Below are positions 27,926-38,754 of a stretch of 64,000 nucleotides of DNA, piece after piece. Every line of letters starts with the position of its first letter. Positions within the stretch are counted from its first letter, which is position 1. The position numbers and the translations under genes are program-made. The stretch is from a virus. Where the stretch lies: IMG/VR virus record IMGVR_UViG_3300017971_000203; one strand, written 5' to 3'. The notes under the pieces were generated by a model. The model had not been told where the DNA came from and ran no database searches. It was given only the letters and a program-made list of their open reading frames with translations.

Positions 27926-30004
27926 CTACTCCCTGAATCCGAACTTACCCCGGAAGATGGCGATCATGAGCGCGAAGAGCTCGGGGTCCTTCTCGTGCAG
28001 CTCCCGCGCGTGCTCCTTGTCCTGGAAGTGCTGGAGCCCCATAGAGATCACCTCGGACACACGATGCTCCTTGTAGATCTTCCCAATGTAGCTGCTCGAA
28101 AAGTCGTCCGGGACACTGATCTCACCGCTCCTGAAGCCTACGCACTTCTCGTGGTCCATCAGAGTTACCGTAGGCTGCCCTTTGGTTCGCTTCTCCAGGA
28201 AGTACGCTGTGGCGTCCCCCAGGCACCCGTTGCTGTATTCGAGGTAGTGCCCCAGCTCGTGCATCATCACCCGGGTAGCCGCTTCTTCGGATCCCCAGTT
28301 GTTGATGTCGATGTTGGGGTCGGCGGTGTGAGCCGTGGCGCAATGCCCTCGGCCCCTCTTTCCCTGGATCCGTACAGTGGCCTCCACGGCTTCCGGGGAT
28401 ACCTTCGAAACCACCCGACGTTTCGCATACGCTGGACCCCAAGCACCTTGCGGAACGAACTTCGACACGAGGTCCAGCCCTGTACGAGCTCCGCTCAGAC
28501 GCTCCCCATGCAAAGAAGAATCGAACTCGACCTTGTGTGGCAGTTTCGACTTCCCCCTGGCCACCAACTGGTCATACAGATGATCCACCGCTTCGCCGGC
28601 GCCCTTCTTCGTGACCAGGCGCTGGATGGACTTCTCCGTCTCGGCCATCTGCTGGTGATAGGCATCGGGCTTCAGACGCTTCTTGTACGTCGCTTCCTCC
28701 TCCCAGTCACGGGCACGCCGCGCACGGCTTGCTTCACCCGCTTCGGCAGCATTCCGCATTGCATCGCCGTCCTCGATGTACCTCTGGATCTGCTTGAAGT
28801 CCGGGGGACCATCGTCGTCCCAGCCCCACGGAGGCTTGAACATATCGATGAGCTTCTTCTGGATACCCCGAAGAACCGCGTCGCTCTGGTTGCTGTAGAC
28901 CGCATACTCGGTGAACTCGTCGTCGCTCATGAACTGGCTCATGCGCTCCGAGAGTGCACGACGCACCTCGGGCCGATGAGTGACCTGGAACCAGTTGTAG
29001 GCCGCCCCCTTCGAGTCCTTGGCCTTCTCTTTCTTCATGGACTTGATCAAGCCGTCGAACTTGTCCTTGAGAACGCGATCAATCCAGTTGCGACCAAAGA
29101 GCCCTACGACAGCCTGACCTACGGGAAGAGAACGCGGATCATTGACGATCTTCCGAAGAGCCTCGAAGCCACCAGCCTCCTTCATGACCTTGTGCAAGCG
29201 ACGAATGTTCGTTCTCTTGTCCGACTTGTGGTAGCCGCCCTGGCTGAAGTTGTAGTTGTGGACGTCCACGTAGGGCTCGAGCAGCTTGAACAGACGATCC
29301 GACGCCGTCGTCATCGGGGTGTTGTCCACCAGACGAGTGGTCTTGCCCTGCCCGTGCTCCAGGAAGAAGTCCATCGCCTTCTCCCAGCCCCCGCCGAAAA
29401 AGGTGCGCATCTTCGACCGGGCCTTGTCGCTGGACATGATGAGAGCCCGGGTAGCGTCCGCCTCCGCCTTCGTCTTCGATGACGCCGTGAGGGCCTTGCG
29501 CAGATCATGCGATCCGTAGGCGTTGTGGAACCTCTCGAGCTCAGCACCCTTCCCGACGACGGAACGCCAGTGCTTACCAAAGTGCTCCGAAACAGCCCTC
29601 AAGATCTCGGGGTCTCCCTCGATGCTCTTGATCATCTCCTCGGAGCCCCGGCGCTTGCGCCAGTTGTCCTCCGGCTCCGCATACCAACGGAGCTTCTGTA
29701 TCATCTCCGTAGCGGACTCCGCATCCGTCCCCTCGAAGCGAAACAGACGCCTGGCTACCTCGGCGTTCTTCGGCTCCTTGCCCTGGAGAGCCTTCGGAAC
29801 ACCCAGCATCGTGCCGTCCGGCTTGATGAGAACACGCCGGTTGAACTTCCAAACCCAACGACCATCCTTCACCTCCGCGTCGTCCTTGTCGAACTTCGTG
29901 TAGTACGTGTCGTAGTCACCCTTCGGGTCACGACCCGTCACCTTGTTCACCCACTCCGAACGAAGACGGCGACCCTCTCGAACCAAGCGCTTCAACGACG
30001 GCAT
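27926..30004 (-). CDS. Large protein with C-terminal HEXXH metallopeptidase-like domain
   Basis: MMHELGHYLE ... YIGKIY...SEVISMG; SD GGAGG. Confidence 0.75.
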   Translation of the reverse strand: MPSLKRLVREGRRLRSEWVNKVTGRDPKGDYDTYYTKFDKDDAEVKDGRWVWKFNRRVLIKPDGTMLGVPKALQGKEPKNAEVARRLFRFEGTDAESATEMIQKLRWYAEPEDNWRKRRGSEEMIKSIEGDPEILRAVSEHFGKHWRSVVGKGAELERFHNAYGSHDLRKALTASSKTKAEADATRALIMSSDKARSKMRTFFGGGWEKAMDFFLEHGQGKTTRLVDNTPMTTASDRLFKLLEPYVDVHNYNFSQGGYHKSDKRTNIRRLHKVMKEAGGFEALRKIVNDPRSLPVGQAVVGLFGRNWIDRVLKDKFDGLIKSMKKEKAKDSKGAAYNWFQVTHRPEVRRALSERMSQFMSDDEFTEYAVYSNQSDAVLRGIQKKLIDMFKPPWGWDDDGPPDFKQIQRYIEDGDAMRNAAEAGEASRARRARDWEEEATYKKRLKPDAYHQQMAETEKSIQRLVTKKGAGEAVDHLYDQLVARGKSKLPHKVEFDSSLHGERLSGARTGLDLVSKFVPQGAWGPAYAKRRVVSKVSPEAVEATVRIQGKRGRGHCATAHTADPNIDINNWGSEEAATRVMMHELGHYLEYSNGCLGDATAYFLEKRTKGQPTVTLMDHEKCVGFRSGEISVPDDFSSSYIGKIYKEHRVSEVISMGLQHFQDKEHARELHEKDPELFALMIAIFRGKFGFRE

Positions 30005-30172
30005 CACAACCTCCACGTGGTCGACAGTGAAGAGCATAGTCCAAGGCAAAGACCGTGTCAGCAACAGAAGGCCCTCAACGGCTTGAACAGGAGTACCCCT
30101 TCTGTACGTACACAACTGTCCCGGCGGGTGGGAGTGGGGTGAACCCACGGGAGAACCCCTGCGATAGACTCG

Positions 30173-30296
30173 ATATAAGTCAGTCGGATTGTCAAGGTTC
30201 CAGATCCTGGATCTCATTCTGTCGGGAGCAGAGCTCGGGGAGGGAGGAACCACGACAGGTTCCCTGCTCCATATAGGTCAGTCGGATTGTCAAGGT
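30173..30296. repeat. Direct repeat pair ATATA(A/G)GTCAGTCGGATTGTCAAGGT (tandem TTGACA elements on - strand)
   Basis: Copies at 30173-30198 and 30271-30296, 1 mismatch. Confidence 0.8.
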
Positions 30297-30887
30297 CCGA
30301 GATCACTGATCAAATTTCGGAGGGTGCGGGGCCGAGAATAGGAGAGGAAAGCTTCACGAAGCGGAGAGATCTGGCAGGAGGCCCCCTACCCTAATCTTGA
30401 GGGTCGGGAAAGTGTTGCACTGCGCGGACTTGCGGGACCGCGGGAAGTTGGCGTAGTTCGCCATTTTGCGGCGGCCGGAAAGTGGCGAATACCAACAGTT
30501 TCCGCGGGCTTAGGTCGCAACAGTTCAACCGTGTTCACAACTGCAGGACCGTGCCAGGGAGCTGGACTAAGATCGTGCCAGGTTCGGTGTGTGGAGAGAG
30601 AAAAGTGCATGCGTTGGGGGTGGCCCAAAAGGGTGCCCCTCGGCGGGTCTCGGATCCGACGCCATAGCTCAAGGCTGCCTGGCCCACAAGGCCGGCCCAG
30701 AAGTGGCCCACAAGGTAATGGTTCTGGGCCGTCTGTATGTAGGTCCGGCTCGCACCCAGCTTGGTCACTGCTTGGTCGCTCCCCCATAGGAGCCCGTACC
30801 CCCAATCTTGGGGATGCTGGTCTAGTTGCTCCTCGGACCCGGTTCGGTTACTGTCGTTCCATACTACTGTAACCCAGGGGGCGAATC

Positions 30888-31169
30888 GTGGAGTGGTGGG
30901 AGCGGGAACAGGCGAAATTGGCGCGTCGGAAGCAGGACACACAGTCTACCCAGGGATCCCGGTCCCGGCGGGTGCACAGCTTCCCCGTGGCAGACACAAA
31001 GACCAGGGCCAAGCTATTCGCCTTTTGTTACGGGGACATAGCGGCCTGGTGCGGCATCACAGAGGAGTCTATCCGCAGGGCCGTCTCCAAAGGCAGGCTC
31101 GATCCCATGGACTTCGACAGCCTGATGAACTACCGCCAGGGACTTCGCAAGGTTACAATAAAGCCCTAA
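30888..31169 (+). CDS. Small HTH protein (start uncertain)
   Basis: YGDIAAWCGITEESIRRAVSKGRL. Confidence 0.6.
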   Translation: MEWWEREQAKLARRKQDTQSTQGSRSRRVHSFPVADTKTRAKLFAFCYGDIAAWCGITEESIRRAVSKGRLDPMDFDSLMNYRQGLRKVTIKP

Positions 31170-31185
31170 AGGGGGGTCTGTAACC

Positions 31186-31779
31186 CTAGAGGTCCTCGGG
31201 GTTGGGCAGCATGACGGCCTTGGTCTTGCCCCCTGCCTTCCACTGGACCTTCTTCCGCTTGGCTGCACGGCGGCGCTCTGACTCGGCCTTACGCAGCTCC
31301 CTCTCCTCGGGCGTGACCGGCCATCTCCGCTGGTAGTCCGGGCTTCTCACGCGCCGTAGCCAGGCGTAGCAGATGCTTTCCAGGTCCCCCATGTCGAGCT
31401 CGCCTTCCTTACACAGGGTGCGGACTTCCACGTTCGTGACAGCCAGGAGCTCCGCCACCATGGCGATGCCATACCCCCACAGCTTCCGGGCCCCCACATT
31501 CGGCCCTGCTGGGAGGTCGATTTCGTTGACATGGACCTTCGCCCGGACCTTCCGAAAATTTTCCAACGAAAAAATGTGTCCCGAATCTCGGGCTTTCCCA
31601 CCCTTCTGCACTACATTCCCACCCTTCTGCACTACATTCTCACCCTTCTGCACTACATCACCGACCCCTTGCACTACACCCCCACCCTGTCCGGTCTCTT
31701 CCTGAGACACCTGTTTTGACCCTTCCAGGTGGTCTGTCTCCCTGGTCTCATCCCCTTCCACGGTGCGCCTTTCGTCCAT
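31186..31779 (-). CDS. HTH protein with 7-aa repeats
   Basis: VVQKGGN-type repeats x4; IAMVAELLAVTNVEVRTLCKEGEL. Confidence 0.65.
   Translation of the reverse strand: MDERRTVEGDETRETDHLEGSKQVSQEETGQGGGVVQGVGDVVQKGENVVQKGGNVVQKGGKARDSGHIFSLENFRKVRAKVHVNEIDLPAGPNVGARKLWGYGIAMVAELLAVTNVEVRTLCKEGELDMGDLESICYAWLRRVRSPDYQRRWPVTPEERELRKAESERRRAAKRKKVQWKAGGKTKAVMLPNPEDL
31597..31680. repeat. 21-bp tandem repeat (~4 copies)
   Basis: Unit CCCACCCTTCTGCACTACATT. Confidence 0.85.
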
Positions 31780-31829
31780 CTGGCTGCTTTGTATCTTCTT
31801 TTCCGGGGGTGCTTCTTTCCGGTCTACCC

Positions 31830-32351
31830 CTACTCAGTTGCTTCTTTTGCTCGGTTTTGATCTGTCCGATCCTGTTTTGCCTTGGTGCGGCCGGGGTCGA
31901 ATTTTCGGTCCCAGGTCTCGAGCCGGGTGTTGAAGCTGCCTCTGTCCTTCTTCCCGACCACGAGGACGACTTCTTCACAGGTGTCTGCGAGCGCGTCCGA
32001 TTTGACGTACATTTCGACTATCCCCTCTACGGGGTCCATGTTGCCGGGCTTGATTTCGAGGTCGTCCAGTGTGGGGTGGTTGAGGGGCTCGAAGTATCCG
32101 CCTTGGACGACGCTTCTGATGAGGTCGGCCAGGACCTCCCCTGTGCACCTCAGAAGCTGTCCCTCTGGTTTGTGTTTGTCGCGCGCGGCCTGTCGGGCCT
32201 GTTCGACCTTGTCCATGAGGCCCAGGGCGTGGATGACATCGAGGACGTGCTTGAGGTTCTGTATGGCGAGCTCTTGTGCGGTGGACGCGGGGTCTTTGAC
32301 CCGTTCGAATTCGGCAACGATCTCGTCGGGTGTCAGCATGGCTGTGTTCAT
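31830..32351 (-). CDS. Hypothetical protein
   Basis: SD AAGGAG. Confidence 0.65.
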   Translation of the reverse strand: MNTAMLTPDEIVAEFERVKDPASTAQELAIQNLKHVLDVIHALGLMDKVEQARQAARDKHKPEGQLLRCTGEVLADLIRSVVQGGYFEPLNHPTLDDLEIKPGNMDPVEGIVEMYVKSDALADTCEEVVLVVGKKDRGSFNTRLETWDRKFDPGRTKAKQDRTDQNRAKEATE

Positions 32352-32361
32352 CTCCTTGGGG

Positions 32362-32766
32362 CTACACCTGATCGACCTTGTCCGGCCGGTGCTCGTAGTG
32401 GCGTTTCAGGATGCGGTCCAGGCGCTCCTCACTGTAGGCCATGGACGTTCTCAGGGCGTCATTCAGCAGTGTGATCAGCTGGGGGTCGCCTTGTATGTGT
32501 GCGGTCTTGAACTTGATGGCGCCTTGTTCAGCGTTCGCGATGTCGGGGCGGTGGATGTAGATCTTGTCGCAGCGGTCGTTGAGCTCCACCCAGTGTGTGA
32601 GCCCGTCGACCTGTGGCAGCCATTCTTTGAACTCAGCGGGGTTCCAGGATCCGCAGTATCGGCACACCCTGTCGTCTCCTCGTTCTCTCCATCCGTGTGT
32701 CAAGCCTCCTTGCCATGTGGGGCACAGGGGGCATCTGGATTTGTCTTCTACGGGTGCGGTGCTCAT
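32362..32766 (-). CDS. Hypothetical Zn-binding protein
   Basis: CPLC, CRYCGS. Confidence 0.6.
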   Translation of the reverse strand: MSTAPVEDKSRCPLCPTWQGGLTHGWRERGDDRVCRYCGSWNPAEFKEWLPQVDGLTHWVELNDRCDKIYIHRPDIANAEQGAIKFKTAHIQGDPQLITLLNDALRTSMAYSEERLDRILKRHYEHRPDKVDQV

Positions 32767-34456
32767 GGGCGCTTCTCCAGCCAGACCTCGATCTGGTCAC
32801 TGGTCTTGATGGGCGTGTCGATGGTGACGAGGCCTCGGGCTCTCTTGAAGGGTGTCAGGGTGCCGTTGATGGCGAGGTGTTGTGTGCGGTCCCAGAGCAT
32901 GCTGCCGTTGCCGAAGGGCTCTCCTGGGGGCACGGGGCGGCTCATCCAGAACGTCACTCTCAGCATACCGGCTGACTTGTCCCAGTCCAGGTGGGCGGTG
33001 CTCATGGTGCGTCCTCGCAGACGGTAGAAGGTTCTTCCCAGGGCCACAGGATGGCTTCGCAGGCGCATTCGTTTGCGATGTTGTGCTCGATGCAAACCAC
33101 GTAGGGGTCGAGTGCTTCGAGGTCGGCCCTTGGGATGAGCAGGAAGCTGAGTACGATGGTGAGCTCTATCATGGTGCTTTCTTCCAGCAGGTCCATATCC
33201 CCTTGGCGGCGATGCGTAGCACGAGGCGGTCTCTTTCTTCGGGGTCTTCCACGTTCAGGGCATGGGGTCCGAAGGTGAGCGGCTTGTCGGGGACTTCGGC
33301 GAAGCCTTCTTCTTCCACGAGGGCTTGCACTTTCTTCTCTGGTCCGAAGACGAGTACCTGGTAGCTCATGGTGCGGCCTTTCAGTCAAGGGGTAGCCCGA
33401 GCTCTGCTCTGATGCGTTCGGCTTTGGTGAGGGCGTCGTCGTAGCGGTCTCCGAAGAGACACGAGGGGCAGCAAGCGTATCGAGCTCTGTCGAACATGTC
33501 CTTGGCGGCCTCTTCGTGTCTGACCAGGGCGCGGACTTTTCGGCGGACCTCGAGAGGCGGCATTCCGGGGCGGCCTTTGCGGCGGGCCTTCTCAGAGAGG
33601 GCGGCTTTGGCCTGCTCTTCCAGTCGCTGAGCGCGGCGCTGCCTGTCGAAGGCCCTGCGTACTTGGTGGAAGAGCTCTGTAAGGGCGCTCATGGGGCTAT
33701 CTCTTCAGTTGGCGCTCGGCTTTTCGGTAGAGCCGATGTAGCGCTTCGACCTTGTCTTCATCCATGAATTCTGGGTACAGGGCGACTTGAAGGACGGCGT
33801 GAAGACCGTCTCCGAGCTCCGTCCTGACGGCCTGGATGGCGTGGTAGTGCTCCCAATCGCCTTCGCCGAGGACAACGTTGTCGACGCCTTTGATCATCTT
33901 GATAGCGTCCATGACGACCTGGGCGTCATCGTCTTCGCGCTTGGGCTCGGTCAGGTACACTGTGAGGGTTCGTACTCGTTCTGTCATGGGTGTTTCCCTG
34001 CTATCCACTCGTTGAAGGCGGCTTCTATGGGGTCGGGTTCGGGTGGCGGGGCGTCCATGTAGGGGTCGCGGATCAGGGGCGGCTCTGGGAAGCCCTGGCA
34101 GACCGGGCAGGGCACAGTGCCTTCGAAGCAGCCGTATGGGCATGTCTCTTCGTCGTGTGTGTCCTGGCAGGTCTCGAGCTCGGGGCACGTCACCCAGGAG
34201 CTGCGCTCACATGGGCAGACCGGGTCGGCGTTGGCGTCGAACTCCTTGAGGAGCTCCATGCGCTCCAGCTCTTCCAGCAGACAGAGCTGTCTTCCCCAGT
34301 CCATGTCTGCGGCGGTGCATATGAAGATCTGCACGGGGCTCATGTCTCTTCCACCTTCAGGTACGTGCTCGTGGATGTCGTTGGGCTTGGTCTGCAGGAC
34401 CGAGAAGGTCGTCGGACGAACGATGTCGTGTGTGACCTTTTCCGTGGGTGCGTCCA

Positions 34457-34762
34457 TCAGCAGGATCCGAAAGCGAAGGTGATGAAGCCGTTCGGGTTCT
34501 CGGGGTACTCGTTGGGCTGGCCCGGGAAGAAGCCGAGTTTCAAGAGCTCCAGGCAGTCCTCTTTGGACACCTTGTCGGGGTGGATATTGACGTACAGGAC
34601 GTCGTGTTCGCAGTGGCAGGGGTAGGTGGGGTTGCCGTACTTGCGGAACAGCTGGAAGGCCTTGATCAGGGTGTCGAGGTCGACGTTCTCGGGGCAGTCG
34701 TTCTCGATGTCCTCGATCTCTTCGGGGGTGAGTTCTTCGGGGTAGTATCTGGGCTCTGCCAT
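34457..34762 (-). CDS. Hypothetical phage protein
   Basis: YPCHCEHDVLYV...FAFGSC. Confidence 0.65.
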   Translation of the reverse strand: MAEPRYYPEELTPEEIEDIENDCPENVDLDTLIKAFQLFRKYGNPTYPCHCEHDVLYVNIHPDKVSKEDCLELLKLGFFPGQPNEYPENPNGFITFAFGSC

Positions 34763-34980
34763 GGTCGTCTCCTATGATTCGAGGTCCTTGGGTTCGAGGT
34801 AGAGCACCCTGAGCTTGCCCTTGTGGCGATAGGCCACCGGGGTCACAGGGATGGCGTTGCGAAGGGCGTGTCTCTTCTGGGCCTTCTCCCGCTCGGCTCG
34901 GCCGTCTTCCCATCGAAAGAACAGAACGGCGAGGGCCGTGATCAGGGCGCCTACCACGAAGCCCAGGATGGCTGCGGTGC

Positions 34981-35565
34981 TCATGATGGAATCAGCCTCT
35001 TCAGGTGTACCCACGCACCGTTACTGATCCGCTTCATCCCTTGGGGCTCGGGACTTAGCGCACTGTGTTTGGTGGTGATGATCCGGGCCGGATACTCGTT
35101 TCCGGTTCTCGAGACAATGCGTCTCTCAAGGTACGGAAACAGGTCGATGCCGGGCCAGCGGTCGATGTTGTCGAAGACAGCGTGCACGAAGTTCTTACCG
35201 ACCAGGGACGCCGGTTCGGTGTCGTTATCGGCGGCCACGATTTCGATGTCTCTGGACGAATACCGATTGATGTAGGGCGCGATCCACTGCCCGTAGCCTT
35301 CCATGTGAGAAGTCAGGCCTCCACGGTCGTTGGTAATGAAGGCCAGGGCCAGTTGGTTCTTCTCACTGAGCCCGAAGGGCATTTCCTCCATACGGGCCAG
35401 GGTCATAACAGCATCCAGGGTCAGCAGCAGTGCCAGCATGGTCTTCCCGCTAGACAGCTCTCCGTGGATGGTGATGTTGTTCACTCCTGGCAGACGGCAA
35501 AGTTCGAAGGCCTCCCGAATGGGAGGGGGCACCTCTATGGGCACCAGATCAGCAGCAGTCTTCAT
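34981..35565 (-). CDS. Truncated P-loop ATPase, possibly terminase-like
   Basis: ITIHGELSSGKT; LVGKNFVHAVFDNID. Confidence 0.55.
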   Translation of the reverse strand: MKTAADLVPIEVPPPIREAFELCRLPGVNNITIHGELSSGKTMLALLLTLDAVMTLARMEEMPFGLSEKNQLALAFITNDRGGLTSHMEGYGQWIAPYINRYSSRDIEIVAADNDTEPASLVGKNFVHAVFDNIDRWPGIDLFPYLERRIVSRTGNEYPARIITTKHSALSPEPQGMKRISNGAWVHLKRLIPS

Positions 35566-35846
35566 GTTCCATCTCCACACATCTCCATGCGCAGGTACGC
35601 GCAGGCGTCTTGTTGTTCTTTCTGGGTCTCGAAGCAGTCGATGACGTACATCTTGTCGCTCTCTGAGGTCTGGTAGTAGTAGTAGGGCGCCGAGACCAGA
35701 CAGAACGAGCCGTCCACGTACTCCAGGAAGACGCCTACAGTGCAGCGGTCCTTGTCCTTGTCCACGATGTCCTGGGTGTCGTAGCAGCCCGTCAGAGCGG
35801 CTGTGAGGGCCAGGACCGCCAGGATGATCACGAATGCCCGGGTCAT
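35562..35846 (-). CDS. Putative lipoprotein
   Basis: Hydrophobic signal plus LTGC lipobox. Confidence 0.65.
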   Translation of the reverse strand: MTRAFVIILAVLALTAALTGCYDTQDIVDKDKDRCTVGVFLEYVDGSFCLVSAPYYYYQTSESDKMYVIDCFETQKEQQDACAYLRMEMCGDGT

Positions 35847-37229
35847 GGCTTGTCGTCTCCCTTGGCCTTCTCTGCCTTCTCCTTCGCCATGCACTCGGGG
35901 CACAGCAGCCGCCACTTGCCCCCCGGGTACTTGAAGCCCTCTCCTTTCCGCTTGCACGTGTTGCAGGTGTCGACGTAGGCGCTCAGCGGAGGCGCCGGGT
36001 TCGAGGCCTCGTTCATGTAGTCTTCCCAGCCCATCTTCGTCTCCTCTCAGCAGTCGGTGTCTTCGCACTTGGGGTTGCCGCAGCGTCGGTCTTCCACGGG
36101 TTGGATCGTCCGATCCTCATAGACCTTCCCGCAGACGTAACACTCGAAGAGGGCTTTTCCGGCGACGTCAATCTCGGCTTGTGCGCAGGCGTCCCGCTCG
36201 GCAGCGAAACCCCTGTGAAGGGTGCAGCCTTCGCAGTAGGTCTTCTCCGTGTCCGCGATCCCATCCCGGCTCCAACCTTTCGGGTTGTAACTGGTGAATG
36301 CTCGATTCATCTGCCGTGAGTAGAACCAGCTGACCGTCTCGACGGTCTTCTTTGTACCGCAGCGGTCGCACTCGAACAGGAACGGTTTCAGCTCTCCGTA
36401 GCTCATCAGGGAGTCCCTCCCAGAACGACGTTCCGAAGAACAGCCTCGGCTACGGGGTCCCCTGGGCATTCGGGGTGCGGGTGGAGCTGCACCTTCCCGG
36501 TCCCGTACACGATCAGGTTCGCCTCGGGGTACTCACCACGAACCCTGAGCACGAGCTTGTTCAGGGTCTCCACAGCCAGGGACAAGCTCCGCTGTGGGGT
36601 CATCTGGTCCGTAGACCCGGGCTCCTTCGAGAGCTCCTTTGCAGGGGTCTTCTCCTTCAGGAAGAAGTGGGAACCCAGGGCGCCACAGGGAGCCTCGACG
36701 TCCCAGCCCCTGGTCATGCAGAGGTAGAACAGGTCGTCCATCAGGGCCGGGGTCATGCTCTGGAAGAGCTCCTCTTTCAAGTCGACCCGGACAGGCTTCT
36801 TGAGGTCGGCCTGAGCGAGCAGTTTGTTGATGTGCCAGATAGCAGCCCTCACCAGGTTGGCCGGGTCTTTTCTCTGCTTGGTGGCGGCTTCGTGCGGGGT
36901 CATGAGGCGATTGTCTTTGGATGCCATAGGCTTCTTTCCTGATCCTTTGCAGAGGCAACAAACGAAGTTCTTCCGATGAGGGTCTCTGCCAGAGCCGTTG
37001 CAGCGCGGGCACCTGTTGCAGGTGCAGGCAGAGCCGCTCCAGGCGAGGCACTCGTAGCACCAGGTCTCCGCACACATCGGACAGAGGTGAATGCGGTCGA
37101 GGGGGCCAGACCAGCCTTCCGGCGGCTCCGGGAACTGATAGCCGCCTTTCACGGCTTTCGTATGTCCGCAGCGGTCGCAGTGGAACACGTACTGTGTGTG
37201 ACTATGAAGGCTCATATCCTTCGGGCTCC

Positions 37230-38072
37230 TCAGTAGTCGCTCCCAGGGAAGCCGTCGCCGGCCCCGTGCATCTTGTCGGGATCCAGACAAGGCTCGGGCT
37301 TGCGCCGCGGGTGCAGGAGGCTACGAAGCGCTTCCGGCATCTCTCCGGCCTCGACGTCGTTGTCAGAGGCTTCCAGGTGTCGGGCCCAGGCCCACTGCGA
37401 AATCTCCACCTGCGCCTCCTCGGACAGGGCCGCCAGATCTCTGTCGCTGGGGAGCGGCGGGTCGAGCACCAGGGAAAGCAGGTCGACGAGCGCGGCGATC
37501 GGCATGGGCTCAGCCGGGTCGACGCTCTCTCCTGGGGGCTCCTCGCCGTGGCACTGGGGGCACCAGAGCGTGTGGTTGAAGTGCCCGTCGTCCCGCTCCT
37601 CGGACGCGATGCTGAACAGGGTGCCGCACTTCCCGCACACGAGCGACGACCGGTAGATGATGAGGCACTGGTTGAGTTTCTCGTTGAACTCCCGCCACCA
37701 GTTCTCCGTGTTCGGCTCCTCCTCGATACCGATGCTCCTGGCCACGTGCTCGAGGTGTTCCTGCACGAAGGACCATGCGACCTCGGAAAAGGGCCCTGCA
37801 GCGCGGTACAAGGACCGGGCGGCCTCTCGGACGTCTTCCTCGGTGAGGGCGTCGTCCAGGTAGTAGCGGGCGCTTTCGCACCAGTCGAACCACTCGAAGT
37901 CGCCGTTGTCGTCGAACTCGAACTGGGCGATGGAACCGATCTCGGACACCGGGGTGTCTTCTCTGGCGTAGACGTCCCACTGCCCGTCTCGGCTCAGCTC
38001 GGCTTCGAGGAAGAAGCCTTTCACGCGGGCGTGGGCTGATCCTGTCACCGTCCATTCCGTTGGCTCTGTCAT
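37230..38072 (-). CDS. Acidic hypothetical protein with Zn ribbon
   Basis: 280 aa; SD GGAG. Confidence 0.7.
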   Translation of the reverse strand: MTEPTEWTVTGSAHARVKGFFLEAELSRDGQWDVYAREDTPVSEIGSIAQFEFDDNGDFEWFDWCESARYYLDDALTEEDVREAARSLYRAAGPFSEVAWSFVQEHLEHVARSIGIEEEPNTENWWREFNEKLNQCLIIYRSSLVCGKCGTLFSIASEERDDGHFNHTLWCPQCHGEEPPGESVDPAEPMPIAALVDLLSLVLDPPLPSDRDLAALSEEAQVEISQWAWARHLEASDNDVEAGEMPEALRSLLHPRRKPEPCLDPDKMHGAGDGFPGSDY

Positions 38073-38127
38073 TCTCCGTCTCCTTGTTTGTCGGCCCGGG
38101 CTGCCTGGAATACCCCAATCTTGAGGA

Positions 38128-38754
38128 TCATGTCGTCAGCTCGATGGTGACGCGGGACCTGAGCGGGTTGCCGATCTCCACCGCGATGACGTCGGTGCGC
38201 TTCTGGTTGTCCTGGTAGAGCTCCAGCGTGCGGTTCATCCACTCCGACTTCTCGTCCGGGGCGAAGTAGTAGATGTGGCGGCCGAGGTCCTCCACGGAGG
38301 AAGTCTCCCCGTAGTGCGTCTCACTGTGGCTGCCCTTGGTCAGGATGATGATCAGGTAGCCCTCGCCAGGGACGTCCTCCAGGGACTGCACGTGCAGGCG
38401 CGTGAGCTCCGGTTTGTCGTACCGGGCGCCGCTGTTCACGGTGTCCTTGCCCGTCACCAGGCGCCTCTTGCGCTCCTCCACGGTCTCCCTTCTGTCCGTG
38501 GAGCGGAAGCGGCTCTCTGTAGCGGCTACGCGCTCTTTGAAGCGGTCGACGTGCCTCTGTCCTGGGGACCTTTCGTGACGACGTTCCGTGGTCTCCCTCC
38601 GATCATCGCCCCCCATTGTGCCGGACGCCCTCTCCCCCAGCTTCTTTCGCTTGTCCTTCGGGGGACGTGGCTCGGGTGTGGTGCCCTCTTGGTAGTGGTG
38701 GCTCATGTCCGTCTCCTTGATCTCTCGAGGTCTGTAGTTGAGCTGCGGCTTCAC
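38128..38754 (-). CDS. Hypothetical protein
   Basis: 208-aa ORF. Confidence 0.6.
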   Translation of the reverse strand: MKPQLNYRPREIKETDMSHHYQEGTTPEPRPPKDKRKKLGERASGTMGGDDRRETTERRHERSPGQRHVDRFKERVAATESRFRSTDRRETVEERKRRLVTGKDTVNSGARYDKPELTRLHVQSLEDVPGEGYLIIILTKGSHSETHYGETSSVEDLGRHIYYFAPDEKSEWMNRTLELYQDNQKRTDVIAVEIGNPLRSRVTIELTT

